Shown here: in pieces, positions 37,251 through 48,214 of the stretch
How the letters are laid out: each line of letters starts with the position of its first letter
Position numbering within the stretch: the stretch's first letter is position 1
Assembly (NCBI GenBank): GCA_030324005.1
Contig: JARDVH010000106.1
Span: forward strand, 28,197,315 to 28,261,314
DNA from: Negaprion brevirostris
Taxonomy: Eukaryota
Length of the DNA stretch: 64,000 nt
Reading direction: 5' to 3'
Notes under the pieces: generated by a model
The model's input: only the letters and a program-made list of their open reading frames with translations
Database searches by the model: none
Told to the model about the DNA's origin: nothing
Position numbers and translations under genes: made by a program

Positions 37251-38547
37251 GTGTAATGTAGTCTGTAATGGGTGTGCAATTTTAGATCTAAAGCAGGTAT
37301 TTCGAGAAGACAGACAATCAGATCCAGTCATCAGATATATTAAAATAACGTTTAAAACGATATCCTTTGGAAGAGCGATTTAAGTTTTGTTGAAACAAAC
37401 AGTGACCAGGTACATCACATTTTAACATCATCTAGATTCTAGCCCTAGTATATTTTCATACTAAGTGGGGGAAGAACTGCAATGCTCAAAATTTGGACTT
37501 TGTAGTAATATGTGGTTTTTAATTTTGCTCTATATATTTTAAAAATAGATCTTGAATTCTTGGGAGCCAAGTAAGTAGTAAGTTTGTTACCTTTATCTGA
37601 TTACTGATCATAAATTGGGTGGTGGCAAGGTTACAAGAATTTTCAACGGCTTTGGATTAGCGAAGATCAAACAAAGTTCCTGCTGTTGACTTTGTCAGCC
37701 TATAACGTAATTTCCTGGATCAGATTGCTAACTATAGTGGAATTGTTCTGGAGAGTTCTGAGAAATGACTGGCTTAATGAGGAAGGTTTCCATGACACGA
37801 CAGATCATTCATTAAAAGAAAACTTTAATATGTAGGATGAATTTAATATTCTGTTCCCATTTTTAAAAAAATGAATAATTTGAACAAAACGATATATACT
37901 CCATATTTTCTCTGTGAAATGCAGACTGGAACATAATGCCAAATTCAAAACATCCCCGAACAAGCAAACAGGCCATTTAGTCCATTGAGCTAGTACCAAC
38001 TGCTTGCTCCTCTTTCTCCCTGTCTCCCCCACCCACTCCTTCTCCCTTCTCAGCCCTACAGATATTTTGTTTTCATGATTGCATCTTTTTGCACCACTTT
38101 TTCAGACAGTGCACTCCAAACATCACAACTCGCTGTGTAAGAACAAAATCTTCTCACCTCCCAGTTTCTTTTGCCAAATAACAATCCTCTGGTTAACAGC
38201 CAACCTACCAACAGAAATGGTTTTACTTATTAACTCTTTCAAATCACTTAGTTTTGAGCACCTTTAATAAAACTAATCTCCATTGACACACTCTGCTTTA
38301 GATGGAACAATACCAAGATTTCTAGTCTTTCCAAATTAGACTTTTAAAAAACTGAATGTTATTTCAAGTCCAGTTTAAATAATCTCTTCACATGACATCA
38401 CTTTAATACTGTTCCCCAATTACGATATGTTGGGCAAACAAAAAGTAACACTGGTATAATAGGAATGAAAATGACCCAGGGAGACCTGTTCTTTATAAGA
38501 TCGCAGTACATTTGATGCTCTCAATGTTGAGATGAAGAAGCAACAAT

Positions 38548-40400
38548 AGAGTCATAAAATGGTTACAGTACAGGAGGAGGCCATTTGGCCTGCAATGTCC
38601 ATACTGACTCCCTGCAGAAGCAACAACAGTTGATTCACAGCCCCGCCATTTCCCTGTAACCCCTTCAAATAATCTAATTCNNNNNNNNNNCTAAAGTCCT
38701 AGGCAGCACATTGCTAGTAAGAATGTTCTTCCCATGTTTCTGTTGATTCTTTTTGCCATTCACCTGAAAAGTGTGTTCGCTGGTTCTCGACCCATCTGCC
38801 AATGGAAGCAGTTTTCTTGCTCTGAATTGATTTCCCCATGATTTATGATACCTCTATCAAATCTCCTGTTAACTTTCTCTTTTCTGAGAACAGCCTCAAC
38901 TTCTCTAAAGCTTGGTTTATTTTTAGTGTACTTGCTCACCTGTGGTGCAACATCTGTTGATGGGTGTGTTGTACTTGGAAATGTTTCTGATCCATACAGC
39001 ACCTAGACACTTACCTTCCAAGTAAATAATGGCCTTCCTATTCTTCCTACTGAAATGTTTATCTGCGTTGAACTTTTTGCCCATTCTACTGGTTTATTAG
39101 TATTTTGTAATTGTTGCGGTCTTCAGTATTGACAGTGCTCTGTTTTGCTTTTTGATTTCACAGTTCTCCTTTGCTTCTGCCTTCTCTCCCATCGTGCACT
39201 TCTCTACATACTTAGTATTTTACTATTTTCTGATCCTTGGTTGTTCCCTTCTTGTATTCATCCATGGAGTCTCACTAGTGTTTAGGTTCTTTCCTTTTAG
39301 TAGAATGTACTTTTCCTGCACTCAGAACACTTTCAGATGTTTCCCATTCTCCCAAAATTATTGTCCATTTAGTCCAGTTCTGTTCTTTGTCAAAAATGAT
39401 CTTTTCTCTCCAAATCTATCAACCTGTTTTTCATCATACTTCTGTCCTTCTCTATTATTATCTTAAAAGCTTCTATGATCAGTATTGCCCACATGTTCCC
39501 CCACATTTGCTTCTCTTACCTGCTCTAATTCATTCCCCACTAATAGACTTCATAGTAAATCTTCTCGCATTGGGATTTTTAAATATTGGGACAGAAAGCA
39601 GTACTGTACACACTGAATTCTCTCGTGGAAGAGATTGGGGTGGCTGAAATTCTCCATGACAGTTCTGTTTTTCACTCCTCTGCTCCTTAATTTGTGTTTT
39701 TTCTTCCTGCACTTTCCTTCCAGTATTTGTAGAAGACTCCTCATCAGTGTGATTCATCCTTTATTATCTTTCATATGTATTCTATCTTGCTGAAAGCTGT
39801 GTTCCTTTTTCTATTGCTACTGTTAGCTCCAGTAAGTGTAGCTTCTCCTGTTGCCCTTTTCCTCCTCTATCATTTATAATGTTCTTTAGGGAAGGAAATC
39901 TGCCATCCCTACCTGGTTTGGCCTACATATGGCTGATTTGCAACTGCTCTTGGGCAACTAGGGATGAGCAATAAATGCTGGCCAGCCAGCGATGCCTGTT
40001 CCAACGAATGAATAAAAATTGTTATATCACAATGTTTATTTCCCAGTATTAACTTTCTGTAACCTTTTTGATATCACTAGGTGTGCACAAATAATGTTCT
40101 TGTGTCCCTGTCCTAAATCCCTAAGCAAAGTGGAGTAAATTCAACTCTGTCACATTTTGTGGCTTGTCTCCAGTAGCACCTATCATTCCATTAAAATCAT
40201 ACCCCCAGTTCTGCTGCTCATCTGGGTAGGCTGTTTAACATGTTAACTACTCTGAGGAACTTGTATTTTAATTTTTTGTCAATTAACTTTAAATCTATGC
40301 ATCTATACCTTGGACCCTGAGAGTTTTCTATTTTCATGAAAATCTTTAATACCCCTAAATATATTAACTACAACATAACAATAGATAGAGAGGGTTCATA
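38548..40400 (-). mobile_element. Old CR1 fragments with a partial family-A SINE (39885-40020, +)
   Basis: CR1 tail reverse complement at 38548-38670 and a pyrimidine-rich decayed body; SINE body ctttagggaaggaaatctgccatcc. Confidence 0.5.
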
Positions 40401-41830
40401 GCTCAGCTACTAAGACCAGAAGAGGAGAGAAATTTCAACTAATGAAAAGTATATTCAAAAGGGACGCATTGGCAAAACAAAACTTCACTGTATTACCTTG
40501 GGGACAATCTACCTGGAGTGATGATTGAATTGATGCTGGGGGTGTTTGAAAAGGCAATTGAATGCAAGGCTAAGTACAAGAAGAATTAACATTGGACTTT
40601 GTGCTCTATTCTTCCAACAACCTTTCCTTGGGTAGTTCAGATAATCATAGAAGGCAATCTACCTTGAGTGCTATATATAGTGAAATTTACCCTTCGAGGA
40701 TAAATGACTGTGCTATGATTTGAACTCATTCAATGTGCTTCTGTTCCCAGAAAAACATTTTTAATTTTCTCATTTTATTGATTGTGCCATGTTTTTAGCC
40801 TATCACCATTTCCTAGTTCAGTTGTCAGATTTGATTGTTTTGAATAATGGACACCTCAATAGCTTTTTGTTAGCACTGTTAAGCATTTTGCTAAATAATA
40901 TGCTTTGAAGTGTGAATCTCTATGCTTTTAAGCAAATATCATGTACAGTAAGTGTGTTTAATGAATTTGTGACTTGAATGTGTGTTGTGTGCTTTTGACG
41001 ACTGGTCTTAGTGCCACAGCTATGTGATGCATAAGATGTGTCACCTTTTTTCTAAACTTGTGATTTGTTTTCTTACAGTGAATTGTTATGGAGCTCTGCT
41101 CTAGAGCTATTTTGGGCTTATAAATCCATGATTTTGAGTGAGGCAAATTAGCACTCAAGTTCTCTGCTTAACAACAGTTTTTATTCAGTGCTTTTATAAA
41201 TCCACTTATGTACATTATGACAACTTTGTGCATGTACACCCGTTTGTACAATTGGTTTTATACCTTTTGGTTTATGGTTTCACAAGCCATAACAGAATAA
41301 ATCAATTATATCTCTAACTTGTGTTTACAAAATGAGTTGGGCTTGCTGCAAGTGATGGCACAATCTTTTATTAGAACTAACTTTTCATTTGGCATTTCAA
41401 GTGGAATTGAGAAATTGCAAATAAAATGTATTGTACAAATTGTCTGGCACTGGCTTAACTAAAGTAGATTATTTCTTTCTTGATAGTTACAACCAACGAG
41501 TTTGCAGTTGCATAGCTTGGTTTCCTTTTACATAAAGCCCCCCCAGTCTAAAGTGTATTTTTATAATTCCAGTTTTCTTTCCATGCTCAGGATGTTTTAA
41601 TTCATTCCATAATGAGTATGTATTAGTACATTTGTCTTTTAATTATGGTGGGCTGTGGAAGAAAGCCAGGTGATAGTAATCATGTGTTTGGCTTACCCTA
41701 CCATTTTTACATTTTTTGACATCGCTTTTTTGGTATATCGTTGGGTGTATTACGATGTTTAGAAAATAGTTTCTTGTTTTTCAGGTGTTTAATTTTTATA
41801 TTGTGTATAAACCTGATAACTATAATTCTG

Positions 41831-42200
41831 ATTTTTTTTTATCTTTTTGTCTTTGCTGTCTTGCAGGAGTGTAACTCTATTCCTCAGTAGACCTGTCAGC
41901 AACAGCTAAGAAATTCAACACCAACAATTTAAGCACTTGCAGTCTTGTGGAATGCTACTAAAAAGAGCATGAGAAATAGTCAGAAGTGAAGTTAACAAGA
42001 TAAATAGTAGTTGGCATCCCAGTACCTGTACAGCTGGAATCTCATAATTTCGATCAGGGCAGCAAACTAAAGGACAAAGTATTACCATTCTGTATTGTAT
42101 GTTCTTTTTCTCCCCTTTTTTATTTTACTGCTGTCAAGTAACAGGGTTGGTCTTTGCCTGAATATCCTTTTGTAAACTGAATTAAACCTGTATTGTAACA
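41831..42200 (+). other. Splice acceptor (AG at 41865-41866) and 5' UTR part of the SLC5A3 coding exon
   Basis: Long polypyrimidine tract ttttttttatctttttgtctttgctgtcttgcag|G about 335 nt upstream of the ATG. Fits the known two-exon structure of SLC5A3. Confidence 0.65.
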
Positions 42201-44330
42201 ATGTTTGGGTTAATGGAAACAGCTGACTTGGCTGTTGTAGGATTTTATTTTATTCTTGTATTGTGCATTGGGTGTTTTGTGATGTGGAAGTCCAATAGAA
42301 GTACTGTGAGTGGGTACTTTCTTGCAGGACGCTCCATGACCTGGATGGCAATAGGTGCTTCATTGTTTGTCAGCAATATTGGCAGTGAACATTTTATTGG
42401 GTTGGCAGGATCTGGAGCAGCCAGTGGGTTTGCAGTGGGAGCTTGGGAATTAAATGCAATGTTGATTTTACAGGTATTAGGTTGGATTTTCATCCCTGTC
42501 TATATCAGGTCTGGTGTATATACCATGCCACAATATCTTTCTAAACGTTATGGCGGTAACAGAATAAAAATCTATTTTGCATTGTTGTCCTTGCTATTGT
42601 ATGTTTTCACAAAGCTTTCCATCGATTTGTATGCTGGTGCACTGTTCATTCGAGCCTCGCTTGGTTGGGACTTGTATCTCTCTATCATCGTTTTGATTGC
42701 GTTGACTGCAATATTAACTGTCACGGGAGGACTTGTGGCTGTCATCTACACTGATGTTCTGCAGGCCATTCTTATGATTGGTGGAGCTTTAACATTGATG
42801 ATTGTGGGAATGGTCAAGGTGGGAGGTTTTGACGAACTCAAGCACCAATATATGCTAGCCTCACCAAATGTTACAGCAGTTGTTACTTCTTTCAACCTAA
42901 GTTCTACCATTACCTGCCGCATTCACCCAAAAGAAGATTCTCTAAAGATGTTGCGTGAACCAACTGATGAGGATATTCCTTGGCCTGGTTTCCTGTTGGG
43001 TCAAACACCAGCTTCTGTTTGGTATTGGTGTGCTGACCAAGTAATTGTGCAACGTGTCTTGGCAGCAAAAAATATTGCTCATGCCAAAGGGGCAACCCTG
43101 ATGGCTGGTTTTTTGAAACTCTTGCCTATGTTTATCATAGTCATCCCAGGCATGATTTCCAGAGTTCTTTTTACTGATGAGATTGCTTGCATTAATCCAG
43201 AGCACTGTATGCAAGTATGTGGCAGCAGAGCAGGTTGCTCAAATATTGCCTATCCACGATTAGTATTGGGAATCTTGCCTGCAGGCCTTCGAGGCCTAAT
43301 GATGGCCGTCATGATAGCAGCTTTAATGAGTGATTTGGATTCCATATTCAACAGTGCCAGCACCATATTTACCCTTGATATTTACAAGCATCTTCGGAAG
43401 GCTGCCAGCTCTCGAGAACTTATGATAGTAGGTCGGCTGTTCGTTTTCGTCATGGTAGCTATAAGTATTGCCTGGGTTCCTGTAATTGTAGAGATGCAGG
43501 GAGGACAAATGTATCTTTACATTCAAGAAGTTGCAAATTATCTCACCCCACCAGTGGCAGCGTTGTTTCTTCTTGGTATTTTTTGGAAGCGCTGCAATGA
43601 ACAGGGGGCTTTCTATGGAGGGTTGGTTGGATCTATTTTGGGAATCACACGCTTGATTCTTGCATTTATATATCGAGCACCAGACTGTGATCAAGTTGAT
43701 ACTAGACCAGGTTTTATCAAAAATGTTCACTACATGTATGTGTCAACTTTTCTATTTTGGACCACGATTTTTACAGCAGTAATAGTGAGTCTGCTGACCC
43801 CTGCTCTTCCCAGAACATATACTTCCCATACCACCTTCTGGGCATTGACAAACATGGACACCATAAAAGACCCCCAGAAAGAAGAATGTGATAAACTAAC
43901 AAACCAATCTATGGCTGAATGCAATGGCCACACCCCAAGTGTGGATAAGTCTGACAGTAAAGCTGCTGATGGAATAGAATTAGTTCTGTTAACACCTGGA
44001 AGTGATGATTCCAAATCTTTGAACTCATCATGCATCTTGGAAGGGCAGACACCAAACGATGGTTATATAAATGGACAAACAATTGCTGTGGACACAGAAA
44101 CCAAAGAGGAGCCAGAACCAGAAAGAAGCAAATGGTGGAAACTTTTTGACTGCATTTGTGGATTAAAAAATTCGGATGTAAAAACTCCAGTAACCAGAAC
44201 TCCTTTCGAAGATGAAATGATTTGCTTACAAATGCTTCAAGAAAGACCAAGGATTAAAATATTGTTAAATGTTGGACTTGTAGTTGTATTATCTTCTGGC
44301 ATATCCATGTTCATTTATTTCTCTTTGTAA
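42201..44330 (+). CDS. SLC5A3: Sodium/myo-inositol cotransporter 1 (SMIT1), SLC5/SSS family; complete single-exon CDS, copy 1
   Basis: 709-aa ORF with SLC5 motifs GYFLAGRSM, ASLFVSNIGSEHFIGLAGSGA, WYWCADQVIVQRVLAAKN and the SMIT1-type AALMSDLDSIFNSASTIFTLD, YLYIQEVA and C-terminal MFIYFSL*. An intronless CDS is characteristic of SLC5A3. Purine at -3 of the ATG. Confidence 0.96.
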   Translation: MFGLMETADLAVVGFYFILVLCIGCFVMWKSNRSTVSGYFLAGRSMTWMAIGASLFVSNIGSEHFIGLAGSGAASGFAVGAWELNAMLILQVLGWIFIPVYIRSGVYTMPQYLSKRYGGNRIKIYFALLSLLLYVFTKLSIDLYAGALFIRASLGWDLYLSIIVLIALTAILTVTGGLVAVIYTDVLQAILMIGGALTLMIVGMVKVGGFDELKHQYMLASPNVTAVVTSFNLSSTITCRIHPKEDSLKMLREPTDEDIPWPGFLLGQTPASVWYWCADQVIVQRVLAAKNIAHAKGATLMAGFLKLLPMFIIVIPGMISRVLFTDEIACINPEHCMQVCGSRAGCSNIAYPRLVLGILPAGLRGLMMAVMIAALMSDLDSIFNSASTIFTLDIYKHLRKAASSRELMIVGRLFVFVMVAISIAWVPVIVEMQGGQMYLYIQEVANYLTPPVAALFLLGIFWKRCNEQGAFYGGLVGSILGITRLILAFIYRAPDCDQVDTRPGFIKNVHYMYVSTFLFWTTIFTAVIVSLLTPALPRTYTSHTTFWALTNMDTIKDPQKEECDKLTNQSMAECNGHTPSVDKSDSKAADGIELVLLTPGSDDSKSLNSSCILEGQTPNDGYINGQTIAVDTETKEEPEPERSKWWKLFDCICGLKNSDVKTPVTRTPFEDEMICLQMLQERPRIKILLNVGLVVVLSSGISMFIYFSL

Positions 44331-47300
44331 AATCAGCCTGCAAATTCAGGTGATGCTGTTTTTGTTTTGAAGACTTTTTTTAAAGAAAAAGTTCCTTTTG
44401 TTTGCAAAGGTAGAGAACTCCTATCTTTTTTGTAAAGTAAAAAGGGGTGGTGAGGGAGATTATTAAGCTGAGATGAAATTGTAGGTGCCCAGTCTGATCG
44501 GAGCTGATGCAGAACAGAGGTAGTAAAATTGGCTGAACTGTGGTGGGGGAAAATTAAATTATATTTCATTTTCTGTTTGCTGCTCAGCAGTAGCTGCTGG
44601 AATATACATGTGAATTTCAGGTGAGGACTAAGATCAGGTTCAGTTGTGATGTGGCTTTGGTTAAGTATCCTTCTGTCCACTGTTGAGGCTCACTGGCCTC
44701 CTATGNNNNNNNNNNATTCCTGCCCAATAAACTATGTTAGAAAATTAAATTAGTGTCTTCTGGTGGAGTGAAAGTGGCTGGAAAAGAAATGTTGGAACTT
44801 GGAATTAAGTCCATGGCCAACTTAATTTTGGGGACTGTAATTTAACATGTTTTATGTAGGTAAATTCATTTTCTTGTATTTATTCTGTGAATTATGTGCA
44901 AATAAGCTATGACTTTTTAAAGCAAGACAATTCTATATTTATTTTATAAAGTTGATTTTTCCTATACTGATCAACAAAAATTTATATGTGGGGAGGTGAA
45001 ATTCTACTTTGATCGTAAGATGCTTATGTCTGAGCACTTGAACATTTTTTGCCCCAAGATCAAAAATACAATTGAATAGACTGAATTGATAATTCTTATG
45101 AATTTATGAATAGCCTTATGAAAAGTGAAAAAGATAAAATGTTTCTGCCTTTACACATTTCTCTCCCAATTAACACTTCCACTGCATGCACCTGCCTCCA
45201 AGTGCTGCTTAGCCATCTATTGAACGTTGATGATCTGCTACCAGATCGCTTTCTTAAAGTTAGCTGGAAAAACGGTCTTCAGCTGCGACCCTGGGATGAT
45301 TGTTTTCCCCAAATTCCCTTCCCTACCCTCATGAGGGAGTTGATTTGTGTCTAACATATTCCATAACTGGGGCCAGGAATTTGGTAGAATGGACAGGGGA
45401 GGGTTATACTAGTCCCTTCATATTAAGGGGATGGATGTTAGTTGCTCCAGTGTACTATTTCGTATTCTGTTTTTATTTGTAGGTATTAAATCCAGTTATA
45501 TAACAGTTTCTGTGTAACAGATACTCACTCCAAAAGAGATTTATTGTGAAAAACTATTAATTTTATATATGCAAGTATATAGACCAACAAAATGATCATA
45601 GTCGTGAGACTTAAATTATGAAAACCTTAGCTATTGTAAAATAGTTATGAATAATTTGGGTTTAAAAACTGTTTCCCTGTAAAAGAAATTTGTGTCTTAG
45701 TCTTAAGTCATATAGAAAGCATTAATACTTGCTTTTGGGGAAGTCTTGTGTGCTTTAGTTGTACTCTGTAGTGACTATATTCTGGGAAGTAATCAGCTTA
45801 GCTTGGATGGAGCTGTTGTGATAACAGAAAATATGTAGCCTTTATGGTAACAGTCCACCCCCCCTTCCACCATCCCCTATTTGTTGTAGTTAAATTTGTA
45901 AAGCATGACGATTGGATGGAGGAGAATTAGAAGTGTATATGTTCCTAACTTAATTTTAGGTGTCAGTTATTTATTTACTAACTCAAACCAAAAGGTACCC
46001 AAATACTGTTGGTAAAATTGGTTATTTTCTTCCTCACTACTCTTCCTATTTCCTCGTTGCTCAGTCATTTTTAAAAAAAAACACTTGCAGATTTCTTTTA
46101 AAGCTTGACTTTATATTCTTTGAAAAGAGTAGCTTATGTTGCAACAAAATACTGAAGTGCAGGTCTTGTGGATAGTATAAGAGAAAAAAGTGCATTTGCA
46201 ACATTACTTAATTGATTAAAATTGTCTAAACAAAACTGAGAGTTATCAAGAGTGAACTATAATTTGTATATCATCAGGCAAACATAAATTAGAATGTTTA
46301 ATTTTTGAATACTGGGAAATAAGTATTATTGAGTAAGGACATAATATATTGCCATGCAAAAACCATTGGTTGTCTTCGTGGTAGAATATACAAGTGTAAT
46401 TACCATAAGATCTGCAAAAATGTGCACAATGCACTTACAGGATAGCATTTTCTGTTTAATTTTGTATAGTATTTATCTCATTGCCAACAAACAGCATAAA
46501 ACTGATATTCCATGTTCTTATGTAGAGTGACATTCCTTCCTTGATTTGCAAGAGTATCTAGTTCTTTAATTTGTACAAGTAGTTTGGACTGGATATGTAA
46601 TTGTGCAGGGAGAATGCACACACCCATCAATTTTGTTTTGATTATCTGCTGTGTATTTTTTACACATTTTGAAGGGGTGTTGACCCAGTAGCTAGAGTTT
46701 AAACATGTAAATGTAAACCCAGACAGCCATCTGCATCTGAAATCAAAGTTTGAAATTTTAAAATGGATTCTGCTGATTCAGAATTGTAAATTGGGAATTG
46801 CTCTGCATAAATCCAGAGATGAATTCCACAGGCATGATATTTGAAGTAATTTTTTTCCCCCAAACTTTTGATTATAAATAGATTTCTTTTAATCTGGCAT
46901 TCATAACCTAAACACCGTTTGGAAGTATATTATTTCAAGTTTGATAAAAATGCTTGAGATCAGAAGATGTGACGCTTGCATCTTGTCTTTGAGCATTTAT
47001 AGAAAATACTGAATGAACACTATCTGTGTGCAAAGATCATTTGATTGAATTGGCAAGGCTTGTTGTCTTGTGGGCAACTAGAATACAACTCTGGCAATTC
47101 ATTCCAAATCTTTTCTGGGCAGTTGCAGTCATGGGTGCAGAACGAGTGGTCTTGGGCTCTTGAAAAGCTCTTTTAAAATGCCCTCTTCCCTCTGTTAGTT
47201 ATGATAAATTATGAACACTATAAACAGCTAATATAGGAATCACCGAACATCATTCCAGCCATACTTAATCTGTACATTTCGAGGGGGAAGAATAACATAC

Positions 47301-48214
47301 AGCTTTGGCATCTCTAGTAATACCACCGTACACTTTTTTAAATAGCCTGGTAGTTTCAGTACTCTGATCTTGCAGACCGTATACATTACTGATATCATAC
47401 TCGTAACACTACATTTTCAAATACTGAAATTTGGTTAAGTTGCAGTTTTAAAGTCTATTTAGTTGAATAGATATTTTGAGCTATTTCATACACTATTGCT
47501 TCGACTTTTTAAAAAATATTAATTGCTTCAGTCAAATATGGATCTAATTAGGATAGCTGAAAACTGAATGTCTGTTTCTGGCTGTTGCCTATTTTCCTTT
47601 CTGTCTTTCCCGTTTATGCAATCTAGTGTTCTTTTCTAAATTACAAGCAGACCTGCCTTCTATTCTACAATGATTCCTTTCATAAATTAACATTTTATTT
47701 TACTGAACTGGGACCAATGTATTTACTGGCTGGCTAATTGTTTTGAAGAGAGGATTTCAGCCAGTGAATTGGGGTTTTTTTGAATGCTTTATGTGGTTGT
47801 AGTAAAATGTGTCAGGTCAAATTCCACTGCAGGTTTTTAGAAGTTGAAATTGAGCATGAAATCTTGTAATGGGGCATTTCAAAAGCAGCTTTACGTTTTC
47901 TTGAAATAAGCGACCTTTTCATTAGTCCAAGATGTATAGGTCCCTTCATGAGTTCGCATGTTCAACTAATGCTAAACATCAATACATATAGCCAAAACAG
48001 TAAAATACCAAACTGAAGAAGTTGTGATCGGACTTAATAGTGCTCTGGTCAGACCCTTTTAAGCATTGTTTCCATTTCTTGCCAGTATGAAGAGAAGGAC
48101 ATTCACAGTAGATTNNNNNNNNNNNNNNNNNNNNNNNNNNNNNNNNNNNNNNNNNNNNNNNNNNNNNNNNNNNNNNNNNNNNNNNNNNNNNNNNNNNNNN
48201 NNNNNNNNNNNNNN

